A DNA stretch of 64,000 nt from positions 10,723,883 through 10,787,882 of the forward strand of contig NC_083450.1 in the NCBI RefSeq assembly GCF_020745735.1, in the 5' to 3' direction. Both the position numbers and the translations under genes were made by a program. Below are positions 1 to 12,509 of this stretch, piece by piece. The notes beneath the pieces are model-generated. The model searched no databases. It was not told the origin of the DNA and saw only the letters and a list, made by a program, of their open reading frames with translations. This DNA comes from Hemiscyllium ocellatum (lineage: Eukaryota). The stretch's first letter is position 1. Every line of letters starts with the position of its first letter.

Positions 1-1035
1 CTCCAGTCTACCTATATCCTCCTGTATTCTCTGACAGTCCCATATGCTTTCTGCTACTCCACCAATCTTCGTGTCATCTGAAATTTTGCTGATCATACCG
101 AAAGTTACCTCTTCCAGATTATTTATGTCCCCAACACTGACCTCTGTGGAACACCACTCATCACGTTCCTCCATTTCAAGAAACTCTCTTCAACTACTAC
201 TCTCTGTCTCCTGTTACTCAACCAGTTCTTTATCCACTTAGCTGGGACACCTTGCACACCATGTGACTTCACTTTCTCTATTAGTTTATCATGGGGAACT
301 TTATCAAACACCTTACTCACGTCCATGTATATCACGTCAACAGCCCTTCCTTTATTTATCAAATTGGTCACTTCTTCAAAGAACTCTATTAAGTTGGTAA
401 AGCACGATCTACCCCGCACAATACCACTTGCCCATCACTGATGAGCCCATTATTTTCTAAAAATAACCTCTCCAGTAACTTTCCCACCACTGACGTCAGG
501 CGCACTGGTCTGTAGTTACCTGGAATATCCGCACTACCCTTCTTGCACAGGGGAACAACATGAGAAACCCTGCCCTCATCCAGCACTTCACCTGTATTTA
601 AGGATGCCACAAAGATAACTGTCAGGACCCCAGCTATTTCCTCTCTCGCCTCCCTCAGCAACCTGGGATAGATCCCACCCGGTCCTGGGGGTTTGTCCAC
701 ATTAATAACCTCTAGCGTACCCAATGCATTTTCCCTACTTATGTTAACGTAATCCAGACTAATCAAACTTTTATCTCTAATCTCAACATTCATCATGTTC
801 CTCTCCTCAGTGAACGCTGATGCAAAGTAATTCAGAATCTCACTCATTCCATCAGGTTCGATAACACAGCCTTCCTTCATTATCCTTTAGTGGACCAATC
901 CTTCCTCTAGTTACCCGATTGCTGCTTATATAAGAATAAATTGCTTAGGAATTCTCCTTAATTCTGCTCCCTAAATCTATTTCATGATCCCTTTTAGCCT
1001 GCTTGATTGCTCGTTTAAGACTTGTTCTACGCTTC
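1..1035 (-). mobile_element. CR1 LINE, RT region, decayed
   Basis: Motifs PGNYRPVRLTSVVGK, TNLIEFFEEV, DVSKVFDKVPH, SGVPQ. Confidence 0.9.
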
Positions 1036-1043
1036 AAATATAT

Positions 1044-1463
1044 AAAAAAAGACTGCAGATGCTGGAAACCAGATTCTGGATTGGTGGTGCTGGAAGAGCA
1101 CAGCGGTTCAGGCAGCATCTGAGGAGCAGTAAAATCGACGTTTCGGGCAAAATCCCTTCATCATGAATACAGGCAGAGCCTGAAGCGTGGAGAGATAAGT
1201 GAGACGAGGGGTGGGGAGAAGTTAGCATAGAGTACAATAGGTGAGTGGGGGAGGAGATGAAGGTGATAGGTCGGGGGAGGGTGGAGTGGATAGGTGGAAA
1301 AGAAGATAGGCAGGTAGGACAAGTCAGGACAAGTCATGGGGATAGTGTTGAGCTGGAAGCTTGGAATTGGGGTGAGGTGGGGGAAGACGAAATGAGGAAA
1401 CTGTTGAAGTCTACATTGATGCCCTGGGGTTGAAGTGTTCCGAGGCGGAAGATGAGGCGTTCT
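1044..1463 (-). mobile_element. Penelope-like element fragment inserted in CR1, with a degenerate hammerhead at 1137-1164
   Basis: Same family as 3361-3729. The minus strand reads aTGATGAagggattttgcccGAAACGTC (C3 to A). Confidence 0.7.
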
Positions 1464-3110
1464 CTATATTCCAATATTCATCCAGGTCCCGTTCTGTTCA
1501 TAGCTGCGTAGACCTTATGTACACTTCCCTTTTCCTCTTGCCTAGTCGACCATTTTTCCTGTCAACCACGGTTCACAAATTTTGCCCTTCCTATCCTTTG
1601 CATTCAAGGGGACATGTCTATTCTTCACTATCTTTAACGTATCTCCCATCTCAAATGTGGACTTCCATTCAAATAGCTGTCTCCAATCCACCTTTCTGAG
1701 CTCCTGACTAATTTTGACACAATTGGACTTGGTCCAGTTTAGTACTCTTCCTTTAGGACAACTGTCTTCTTTATCTACGAGTATTCTAAAACGTACGGAG
1801 TTGTGGTCACTGTATCCAAATAAATTCCCCACCACAACTTCTACCAGCTGTCCTGTCTCGTTGCCCATTACCAGGTCCAATATGGCCCCTTCCCTCATCG
1901 AGCCATTGACATAGTGCTCTAGAGAAGTCTCATGGGCGCTTCTTACAAATTCGACGCCATCCAGACCTCTGACACTAAGTGCATCCCAGTCAGTGTTGTG
2001 ACAATTTTTTTTCAATCACTGCTACCCTATTGCCTCTACAACTTTCCACAATATGTTTGCCTATTTGTTCTTCTACCTCACAATCACTGTCGTGAGGCCT
2101 GTAATGCAGCCCCAACAATGTAACTGCATCCTTCTTATTAGTCAGCTATACCCATAATGCATCGCTACCTAAGTTCTCCATAGTGTGGTCCTTTTGCACA
2201 ACCGTGATATCGTCACGGACCAGCAAAGCAACTCCACCCCCCGCCCCTTTACTTCCCTCCCTGTCCTGTCTGAAGCGTCTATATCCTGGAACATTTAGTT
2301 GCCAATCATCATGCCCTTCCTTCACCCAAGTTTCTGTGATTGCAATAACGTCATACTGCCAGGCACCGAACCAAGTCCTAGGTTCAACTGCCTTACACAC
2401 TATATACCTTGCATTAAAGTAGATGCATTTCAGGCCACTTTTTTTTGCACTCATCTGCCTACTCTTCCCTTTATTAATGGTATCTTCATAATTCTTACTA
2501 CTCACTACTTGTTTTCTCTTTTGGCTCCCTGCCCCCTGCCACATTAGTCTAAAACCTCCCCAACAGCAGTAGCAAAAACTGCCCGAGGACATTAGTAACG
2601 GTATGGTTGAGATGTAGACCGTCCCTTTTGTAATATTCCCACCTTCTCCAGAACCGGTCCGAATGTCCAACAAATCTGAAACCCTCCCTCCTACACCAAC
2701 TCTCAAGCCACGTGTTCATCCTAGCTATCTTTGCATTTCTACGCTGGCTAGCACGTGGCACTGGCTGTAATCCCGAGATTACATCTTTGAGCTCCTCCTT
2801 TTTACTTCTCTCTTAGCTCCCTGAATTCTTCATTCAGGACCTCATCTCGTTTTCTAATTATATCGTTGGTGCACATATGCATCGAGACAACTGGCTGTTC
2901 ACCCTTCCCTTTTAGAATGCTCTACAGCCGATCGGTGACATCCCTGAACCGAGCATCTGGGAGGCAACATACATTCTGAGTCCCGTTTTCGAGCACAGAA
3001 CCGCCTATCTCCTCCCCTCACAATAGAATCCCATATGGCTATGGCCTCCGAGTCTTTTTCCAGCCGGTCTGAACAGCAATGCCCACCATGATGCCATGTT
3101 CCTTTACACG
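1464..3110 (-). mobile_element. CR1 LINE, endonuclease and ORF1 (esterase-like) region
   Basis: CIYFNARYI, DVIAITETW, GGGVALLV, AILDLVMGN, SDHNSV; ORF1 MNTWLESWCRREGFRF..DGLHLN. Confidence 0.88.
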
Positions 3111-3360
3111 TGTAGGATCTTGAGTTTAACCAAATATAAATTAAGCCCTTCCCTTCCCGGCAACCCTTGCTTCACTCCTCCTTGTCTCCTCGCTGCGCTG
3201 TCAAAATGGAGGCACACTTTACACACATTCAGAAACAATAAATGAAATAGTGTCCATCAATTTTATGAGTGATTAATGATTGCAAGTTCTCATTTTTAAA
3301 AAAAATCGAATTCACTTCATATTGCAGTATTGATTTGAAAATTGGTCATGATATCGAGTC

Positions 3361-3729
3361 TGGATTAGAGGTGCTGGAAGAGCACAGCAGTTCAAGCAGC
3401 ATCCAAGGAGCAGCGAAATCGACGTTTCGGGCAAAAAACACTTCATCAGGAATAAAGGCAGAGAGCCTGAAGCGTGGAGAGATATGCTAGAGGAGGGTGG
3501 GGGTGGGGAGAAAGAAGCATAGAGTACAATAGAGTACTTTTTCTCCACCCCTACCCTCCACTAGCTTATCTCTCCACGCTTCAGGCTCTCTGCCTTTATT
3601 CCTGTTGAAGGGCTTTTGCCCGAAAATTCGGTTTCGCTGCTCCTTGGATGCTGCCTGAACAGTGGGGTTCTTCCAGCACCACTAATCCAGAATCTGGTTT
3701 CCAGCATCTGCATTCATTGTTTTTCCGCG
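3361..3729. mobile_element. Inverted-pair PLE-derived insertion with a 12-bp TSD
   Basis: Two arms of about 180 nt in opposite orientation; flanks TGATATCGAGTC (3349-3360) and TGATATAGAGTC (3730-3741). Confidence 0.75.
3421..3449 (-). ncRNA. Hammerhead motif, core intact, weakened stem II
   Basis: CUGAUGA agugu uuuu ugccc GAAA C GUC. Confidence 0.5.
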
Positions 3730-3859
3730 TGATATAGAGTCACTCAATTGTCGATAACTGTACATGACAGGGAGTGTAGTAGGGATTTTTTTAAAAAATG
3801 CTATTAATTTAATAAATGTTATTAATAAATGTTGCCCGATCCTCTTCAGTTTAGACATT

Positions 3860-4745
3860 TAGGCGTCTGTGTCTTTTTGCAATGTTTTGAAAAACAAAAA
3901 CAACAACAAGATGCTGCACCTTGTTAAAGGCGCAGCATCATCACAAACTTAAAGAAGAAAACATTGCATGACCAGACACGATACTGACCATATCACACAT
4001 CAAAGAAATATCAGAAAGGATCACCCGAGTACGTAGATCCCCAGGAACCTTAGCAGGCCGCAAATAAGCAAACATCTGTCAGCAGGTCCTCAAAGTATTT
4101 AAAGATCCAACACCAAATTCAATAGAACGAACGTTACCCACAAGATATCCTGCAAAGAATTTGAAAAGTATACACAGACAAATAGGAAGAAAAGTGACAA
4201 TACCAGTCCCAAACATCAACTCACCACTGACAGACATGACCAGTACACTCTCATTTCCAACCACTCGGACAAATGAAAACACGATTTCAACTGGGAACAT
4301 TTGACCATCCTAGCACAGGCTAAACAGGGACAATTGATAGACTTAGAAACTTGACACTCCAACTGGAATGTAATCATAAACACATTGAATTGGACCCCAC
4401 ACACAAACCACGCGTATGCAGAACCTGAAGTGCCAAAAACAGGGACATATAAATACCCCGGGGGGACACCACCAACACCGCATTGACCACGCACTGACGA
4501 TGTCACTTAGCAAAACACCATAATATCTGCAGAAAACCACAGGAAATCAGAGAACGAACCTACATCTTCATCTGCAAACCGAACTTCAATTCTTTGCAAG
4601 AACCCTAAACATCTATGGGGCGATACCCTCACACTAATCAGATGATGGGAGATAAACGTCAATACAACTGGAGAACAACTGTACTTCCTACATGATTACC
4701 TTAATTAACAGGTACAACAACCAAATTTAATATAGAAACCACCTG
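3860..4745 (+). mobile_element. Penelope-like element, decayed C-terminal/GIY-YIG region
   Basis: Resembles the GIY-YIG-proximal segment at 23100-23330 (RHDQ..L...HSD..HDFNW...ILAQAKQ). Confidence 0.6.
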
Positions 4746-4759
4746 TCATCAACGAGCAG

Positions 4760-6085
4760 GCAAGAAGACTCGGGTAGTGTCTCCCATCCATCCTCCTTCT
4801 CTAACCCAACAAAAATGACCTGTGCGCTAGATTGGTAAGGTAACGAGTTCTGTTTTATTCCTTTTTTTTCAACTGTCTATTTGGGAACTTGGAATAGTGG
4901 GAATGGAGGTTAGGGCAGTTGAATGTTCATCCTGAAGAATGTCGGCGGTAAGTGTCACCACTAGTGTCCCTGCTGACTACATCTGCCGGAAGTGCACCCA
5001 ATTCCAGCTCCTCGAAAACCGTGTTAGGGAACCGGAGATTGAGCTCGATGAACTTCGGATCATTCGGGAGGCAGAGGGGGTTATTGAGAGCAGTTACAGG
5101 GAGGTTGTCACTCCTAAAGTACAAGGAAAAGGCAAATGGGTTACAGTCAGGGGACGGAAAGGGAACCAGCAGGCAGTGCAGGGATCCCCTGTGGCCATTC
5201 CCCTCAGCAACAAGTATACCGTTTTGCATACTGTTGGGGGGACGGCATACTAGGGGAAAGCAGTGGGGTACACGGCTCTGGCACAGACTCTGTCCCTGCT
5301 GCTCCGAAGGGAAAGGGGAAGAGGAGCAGAGCAGTAGACATTTGGGACTCTATAATTAGGGGAACAGATAGGAGGTTCTACGGGGAAGAGAGAGACTCAC
5401 GTTTGGTGCGTTGCCTCCCAGGTGCCAGGGTTCGTGATGTCTCTGATCGTGCTTTTGGGATCCTTAAGAGGGAGGGTGATCAGCCCCAAGTTGTTGTCCA
5501 TATAGGCTCCAACGACATAGCTAGGAAAAGAGATGGCGATTTAAGTCATAATTTCAGGGAGCTAGGATGGAAGCTTAGAGCTAGGACGAACAGAGTTGTG
5601 TCTCTAGTTTGTTGCCCGTGCCACGTGCTAGTGAGGCAAGGAATAGGGAGAGAGAGGAGTTGAACACGTGGCTATAGGGAGGGTGCAGGACGGAATGTTT
5701 TTGATTCTTGGATAATTGGGGCTCTTTCTGTGGTACGTGGGACGTCTACAAGCAGGATGGCCTTTATCTGAACCAGAGGGGTACCAATATCCTGGGGTGT
5801 GGGGGGGGGGGGGGGGGAGTTCGCTTAGGCTAATGGGGTGGGTTTAAAGTAATCCAGCAGGGGGATGCGAAACAAAATTGTCGTTCGAGTACAGAAAAAT
5901 TTGAGAGTACGGAGGTCCAAAGTCAAGTTTCAGGGATGGAAGATGGCACCGGCAAGCATGAACTTGGTTTGAAGTGTGTCTCCGTCAACGCCAGGGGCAT
6001 CCGGAATAAGGTGGGTGTACTTGCAGCATGTATTGGTACCTGGGACTTCGATGTTGTGGCCATTTCGGAGACATGGTTAGAGCAG
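4760..6085 (+). mobile_element. CR1 LINE 5-prime part (ORF1 zinc finger and esterase, start of ORF2)
   Basis: YICRKCTQFQLLENRVRE; CLPGARVRDV; VVVHIGSND; ORF2 start VNARGIRNK..DVVAISETW. Confidence 0.88.
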
Positions 6086-6089
6086 TGTT

Positions 6090-7425
6090 AGAGCATTGAT
6101 CTTTAAATCGTCATTGTCTACTGAAGTAGTGCCAGAAGACTGGAGGATAGCAAATGTGGTTCCCCTGTTCAAGAAGGGGAGTAGAGACAATTCCGGATAA
6201 TTATAGACCAGTGAGCCTCACTGCAGTTTGTTGGTAAAGCGTTGGAAAAGGTTATGAGAAATAGGACTTATAATCATCTAGAAAAGAATAATTTGATTAG
6301 GGATAGTCAGCACGGTTTTGTGAGGGGTAGGTCGTGCCTCACAAACCTTTTTTGAGTTTTTTTGAGAAGATGACAAAACAGCTAGATGAGAGTAAACCGG
6401 TTGATGTGTTGTATATGGATTTCAGCAAGGCGTTTGATCAGGTTGTACACTGCAGAGGAATGAGAATATGGGAGATATAGCTGTTTGGATAAGTAATTGG
6501 CTTGCTAAAAGAAGACAAAGCTTGGTGATTGATGGGAAATGTTCATCCTGGAGTCCAGTTACCAGTAGTGTACTGCAAGGGTCGGTGTTGGGTCCACTGC
6601 TGTTCATCATTTTTATAAACGACCTGGATGAGGGCGTAGAAGGGTGAGTTAGTAAATTTGTAGATGACACTCAGGTCGTTGAAGTTGCAGATAGTGACGA
6701 AGGCTGTTGCAAGTTACAGAGAGGAATAGATAAGCCGCAGAGCCGGGCTGAGAGGTAGCAAATGAAGTTTAATGCGGAAAAGTGTGAGGTGATTAACTTT
6801 GGTTGGAGTAAACAAAATGCAAAATACTGGTCGAATGGTAAGATTCTTGGTAGTGTAGATGAGCAGAGAGATCTCGGTACACAGATCCTTGAAAGCTGCC
6901 ACCCAGGTTGACAGGGTTGTTAAGAAGGCATACAGTGTTTTTGCTTTAATTAATAGAGGGATCGAGTTCCGGAACCATGAGGTTATCCTGCAGCTGTACA
7001 AAACACTAATGCGGCCGCACTTGAAGTTTTGTGTACAGTTCAGGTCAACACATTATAAGAACGATGTAGAAGCTTTGGAAAGGGTGCATAGGAGATTTAC
7101 TAGGATGTTGCCTGGTATGGAGGGAAGGTCGTACGAGAAAAGGCTGAGGGACTTGAGGGTGTTTTCGTTATAGAGAAGAAGGTTGAGAGGTGACTAAATA
7201 GAGACAAATAAGGTAATGAGAGGGTTAGATAGAGTGGACAGGGAGAGACCTTTCCAAGAATGGTGACGGCGGCCACAAATGGGCATAGCTTTAAATTGAA
7301 GGGTGATAGATATAGGATAGACGTCAGAGGTAGTTTATTTACTCAGAGAGTAGTAAGGCTATGAAATGCTTTGCCTGGAACGGTAGTAGATTCGCCAACT
7401 TTATGTACATTTAAGTCGTCATTAG
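6090..7425 (+). mobile_element. CR1 LINE RT and 3-prime region
   Basis: [50 protein letters not shown]. Confidence 0.9.
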
Positions 7426-7429
7426 ACAA

Positions 7430-8887
7430 CCAATTGTGCTGAAGATTTTGTCAAACATTAAAATTAACAGGTTGCCAGGCCCGGACCAGATTTGTCCTCG
7501 GTTGCTTTGGGAAACGAGAAATGCAATTGCTTTGCCACTTGCGAAGATCTTTGCATCCATGCTCTCCACTGGAGACGATCCTGAGGACTGGAGAGAAGCA
7601 AATGTAATTCCTCTCTTCAAGAAAGGAAATAGGGAAATACCTGGCAATTATAGATCAGTAAGTCTCACGTTTGTCGTCTGCAAGGTGTGAGAAAGGATTC
7701 TGAGGGATAGGATTTATGACCACTTGGAAGAGCACGGCTTGATTAAACGCAGTCAACACGGCTTTGTGAGGGACAGGTCATGCCTCACAAAACTTATAGA
7801 GTTCTTCGAGGATGTGACTAGAAAGGTTGATGAGGGTCTAGCTGTGGATGTGGTGTATATGGACTTCAGCAAGGAATTTTATAAGGTTCCCCATGGTAGG
7901 CTCATTCAGAAGGTCAAGAGGAATGGGATACAGGGGAACTTAGCTGTCTGGATAGAGAATTGACTGGCCAATAGAAGACAGCGAGTGGTAGTAGAAGGAA
8001 AATTTTCTGCCTGGAAGTCTGTGGTGAGTACTGTTCCACAGGGCTCTGTCCTTGGGCTTCTACTGTTTGTAATTTTTATTAAGACTTGGATGTGGGGATT
8101 GATGGATGGGTCATCAAGTTTGCAGATGACACAAAGGTTGGAGGTGTCATTGACAGTATAGACGGCTGTTGTAGGCTGCAGGGGGACATTGACGGGGTGC
8201 AGAGATAGGCTGAGAGGTGGCAGATGGAGTTCAACCTGGATAAATGCGAGCTGATGTATTTTGGAAGATAGAATTTGAAAGCTGAGTACAGGATTAAGGA
8301 TAGGATTCTTGGCAGTGCGGAGGAACAGAGGGATCTTGCTGTGAAGGTACATAGATCCCTTAAAATGGCCACCCAAGTGGACAGGGTTGTTAAGCAAGCA
8401 TATGGGGTTTTGGCTTTTATTAACAGGGGGATTGAGTTTAAGAGCCATGAGATCTTGTTGCAGCTCTATAAAACTTTGGTTAGATCGCACTTGGAATGTT
8501 GTGACCAGTTCTGGTCGCCCTATTATAGGAAAGATGTGGATGCTCTGGAGAGGGTTCAGAGGAGGTTTATCAGAATACTGCCTGGACTGGAGGGCGTATC
8601 TTATGAAGAGAGGTTGACTGAGCTCGGACTCTTTTCATTGGAGAAAAGGAGGAAGTGAGAGGACTTAATTGAGGTATACAAGATAATGAGAGGCATAGAT
8701 AGAGTCGATAGCTAGAGACTATTTTCCAGGGCAGAAATGGCCAACACGAGGGGTCGTAGTTTTAAGCTGGTTGGCGGAAAGTATAGAGGGGATGTCAGAG
8801 GCGGGTTCTTTACACAGAGAGTTGTGAGAGCGTGAAATGTGTTGCCAGCAGCAGTTGTGGAAGCAAGGTCATTGGGGACATTTAAGA
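7430..8887 (+). mobile_element. CR1 LINE RT, 3-prime end truncated at the duplication boundary
   Basis: PGPDQICPRLL, PGNYRSVSLT, KFADDTKVG, RSHLECCDQFWSP. It stops before the terminal repeat, at 8887. Confidence 0.9.
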
Positions 8888-9084
8888 GACTACGACTTTC
8901 TACCTGCACCATTTTATGTCAGTTTTTCCTCTTTCGTTCTCAACATCTGAAGTTCAAACTCTCACTTTCATCCTCCATTCTCTCCTCCCCTTCTCAATTT
9001 CCCTTTCTGCTGTGAGAACTATCCTTCTTTTTATTTTTCCACTCTGCTTTTAACTGTGTTCCAAGCTGTTTTATTTTCATTTCG

Positions 9085-9850
9085 AGTCATAGAGTCCAAC
9101 AGCACGGAGACAGGTCCTGAAGCACAAACTGGTCCATGTTGACCAAACTGTCCATCAACACTCCGCCCACTTCTCTGCACTCTGCACATATCCTTCCAAA
9201 TATTTCCTTATCATAATACTTTCCAAATGACTTTTAAGTGTCGTTTCTGTACTCACCTCAACCATTTCCAGTGCCAGCTCATTGCACATGTCCACCATCT
9301 TCTGTGTTGCCCCTCAGTTAGTCTTTTATTCTTGCCTAAAACTGATGCCCTCTATTCATCGATTACACAACACTGGGAAAAATAGTGAGTGCATTCACCC
9401 TGTCCATGCCTCTCATTATCACATGCACTTCTATAAAAGCCCTCCTCAGCCTCCTATGCTTTGAACAAAAAGTCCTAAGTCTCCATTCAACTCACGCTGT
9501 TGAGTCCTTTCAACACATTTTTTTAAACTCTTTGCAGTTTAATAATAATCTTCCTGTATTAATGTTACCAACACTGAACGCATAACTTCAAGTGTGGCTT
9601 TCCCAATATCCTGTACAACTGCAATATAACTTCCCAAATTCAATACTCGATGCCCTCACCGATGAGGACCGAAAACCTTCTTCACTGCTCTGTCTACTTG
9701 TGACTCCACTTTCTGTGTACCGTGCACCTGAATTCCAAGATCACTTTGCTATACTCCATTCCCTAAGTTTCAAATATTTAACAGGAAACTCCTGCCTTGA
9801 TTTTAAATTCCATCACGCAAGACCTCACACATATCTATATTAAACACCAT
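9085..9850 (-). mobile_element. Old CR1 3-prime fragment (paralog at about 58165-58930)
   Basis: The reverse complement carries the CR1 3-prime tail (ctatgactc) and degenerate RT C-terminal sequence. Confidence 0.6.
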
Positions 9851-12264
9851 TTACCATTTCTCTACTCATTTCGCCAGCTGATCGAGTTTTTGATAGCCTT
9901 CCTCGTACATTTTTTTGATATCATAAAATGGAAAACATTGCATGAATTTTGTTTGTTCGTCGAATGGATGTTGATTTTTGATTTGATTCTTATTAAATTT
10001 TGATTTGCTGGGCTGAAGGTCTGATGAGGGTGCAACATTCTCCAGATTGGCAAACTATCTCCCACACTGACTCAATTTCCACTGACCTCGACTTTGCTGC
10101 AGATGTTGGCAGAAGCTACATCGTCACGTTAGCCTTGCTCCTGGGATCATTACCTGTGCCTCACATTGGACTGTGAAAGACCTGGTCCAGGCGCTGTCCA
10201 TGCAGTCCCTCATCATTGACTCTGATATGCACTCTGGTCATAGGGAGCTCCCCCACAGTCCCGGTCAGGCCGTCAGCCATTGCTTTGCATGTACTCATCA
10301 ACCAGCAGCCAAATTCATTGAGCCAAATGCCGCGGATGCCACTGTCCAGAAGTTAAGTTAGTAGAAAAACAGAAAAAAAGCTAAAACTAAACCGACAAAC
10401 AAAAAGGTAACATGAACGGACAGAGTGAACAGTCATTTTGCATGGTTGTGCTCCTTTATTAAGCATTGATGAGATCACACAGGATAGTTAGAAGAAGTAT
10501 GCATAACCCGAATTGGTATTAGCAGGATAAATCTAACAGGCTCTAAGAATCCGAGGAAATGGCTTTGACATCAGTCGATTTTTCGTGCACTCTCTACAGC
10601 TGCTCTGATCTTCCCATATATTACAAATCATCCTTTAAACCTCAATTTTATGTATTTATATACCATATGATCTATATGCCCTATGCATTATGAGCTGCCT
10701 GTGCGGCTCACAAAATAAAACTTTTTACTTTACATAGTTACATCTGACAACAATAAAGCAAATTAATCAGAGTAGACGTCGAATCCAAACTTCTCAGCGG
10801 AATAACTTATCAACATGCAATTATTATTCCAGTGCCACCTTATGACACTTCGATATTCCTGTCATTACAAAATCAAAAGCACATACACGGGAAGCTTGGT
10901 ACTATGTTCTAAACGAACATTGACGATTCTGAATGAATTTTGATCTTATCATCAATATGCACATACTTCAAAGAAAAACAACAGCAAGAATGAGAGCGGT
11001 CCACAGTAGAGTTTGAATCACTTCTGTTTGGACCAACCCCTCTTGGAACTGGGAATTCCTCAGTGACAATTAAGAATCACATTGATCAGTGATAATGAAA
11101 TCTTCATCTGGGGGAACAGGTTGACGCTTCAGTGTTAATTATGTCGGATTCTCTTCTGAACTACATTTCCACGCCGGTATCTATGGGTCTTAAAATACAT
11201 GGGCACAGCACAAATTCGAGGAAGAACATCCTTCAATTACGACTGAAGAAAGCTTCTTATTGACTTTGCAATAGGAGAAAACACGGGACATATTCTTCGT
11301 TCATGAATGTATGATCTATCAACGTATCAGGTCTTCATTAAATGCCAAATCAGCGTAGAGGGTCTATGGAAGAAATCAAACACCACTGCAATCAAAAAGA
11401 CATAGAAACAATACATGGCAATTCTACACTTAGCTGATCCCACTCCCAACTCCTTCATTGAAACAATAGTGATCTTTATCTCCATGTGGCTGTAATGATT
11501 TCGCTTTTGTGCATCGGCATCAACAAAGAAGAAAAAAATGCACGAGAAGATTCGATGCATTCATCTCCGTTATGTGTCACCACTAAACTGCTTGACTTTA
11601 TTTGTTTTTTGTCTCTCTTACAAAGCCAGAACAACACTATGCCAGGCTGCTGGTAAAATCCACAACTGGAGTAAATAATATCATTATTAAAAGTAGACAA
11701 AGCTGAGAAATGAATGGAAACAGAATTAGACAAGAGAGAGAAAAGAAGGAAGTCTTACATGAAAAGAACAGTTCTTTTTCAGATCAAAATAACCTTGCAA
11801 ATATTGTCCAGTTGAACACAATATTAAGTTCTCAAAGTTTTGCTGCATTCTTATAAATTCACGCTATTCCCCGAAACACATGTTTTAAACTAACTAATCA
11901 TCTAAACTAAATATTGGTTTTGTCTTCCTTCAGTCCAAGAGCAATCGTCAAACCTGTATTTTTCCTTTCACAGTATGAGCATACCTGTCCCGTCATCATT
12001 GCATTAAAGAGGTATTTTGAATGTATGTGTGTATATATACATAGATGCACATATATTTACTGATATTACATATCCAAATTTACAGTTTATAGTTGTATTC
12101 GTTCTTCCGGAAATGAGAAACTGTTCCAAGTTACATTGATCACTCTTAAATGCTCAGTATACTTTTCTGGCCAGGATCATTTCACATAAGTGTTACAGTA
12201 AACAAGCAAAAGGAAAGAATACATTGAGAGAGAGGTGTAAAGAAAAGAATGCTCATACACGTAC

Positions 12265-12323
12265 CTCCGGCTTTGGATCACGTTGTCTAAAATCTGTGGA
12301 TTTTTCGGCCGTGTTCCAGCTTC
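12265..12323 (-). CDS. Copy A receptor gene, first cytoplasmic exon
   Basis: 59 nt, phase 1-0, acceptor ttacatcag|, donor GAG|gtacgt (GTAAGT in copy B). Translates as GSWNTAEKSTDFRQRDPKPE. Confidence 0.75.
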
Positions 12324-12404
12324 CTGATGTAAAAAATTTCAGCTCTTTATTTAGAATAAAGATGATACAGAGATGAACGCATGACATCAAAGGAGAGCTT
12401 CTAC

Positions 12405-12509
12405 CTGAGACAGAATTCTTGCAGCTCCAACCCACGTAGACAGTAAACGCCAGAAGAAGGAGAATCAGTACCGATGAGGTCCCATAAAATATTAAAAGGC
12501 AAGGAAAAC
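12405..12509 (-). CDS. Copy A receptor gene, transmembrane exon
   Basis: 105 nt, phase 1-1, acceptor cttcttcag|, donor G|gtagaa. Translates as GFPCLLIFYGTSSVLILLLLAFTVYVGWSCKNSVS: a hydrophobic span with no charged residue. Confidence 0.9.

Noticed and set aside
5801-5817. 17-nt poly-G run
   Set aside because: It lies in the G-rich ORF1/ORF2 junction of a CR1; a simple slippage expansion.
12140-12170. Nearest AG after the PKPE donor gives a tail KSILSI* (KRILSI* in B)
   Set aside because: The acceptor context is weak and there is no independent support. It remains possible but is not called.
12324-12404. The TM-to-tail intron of copy A is 81 nt and stop-free, so intron retention would stay in frame
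   Set aside because: The same intron in copy B is 88 nt, so the frame is not conserved. Probably chance.
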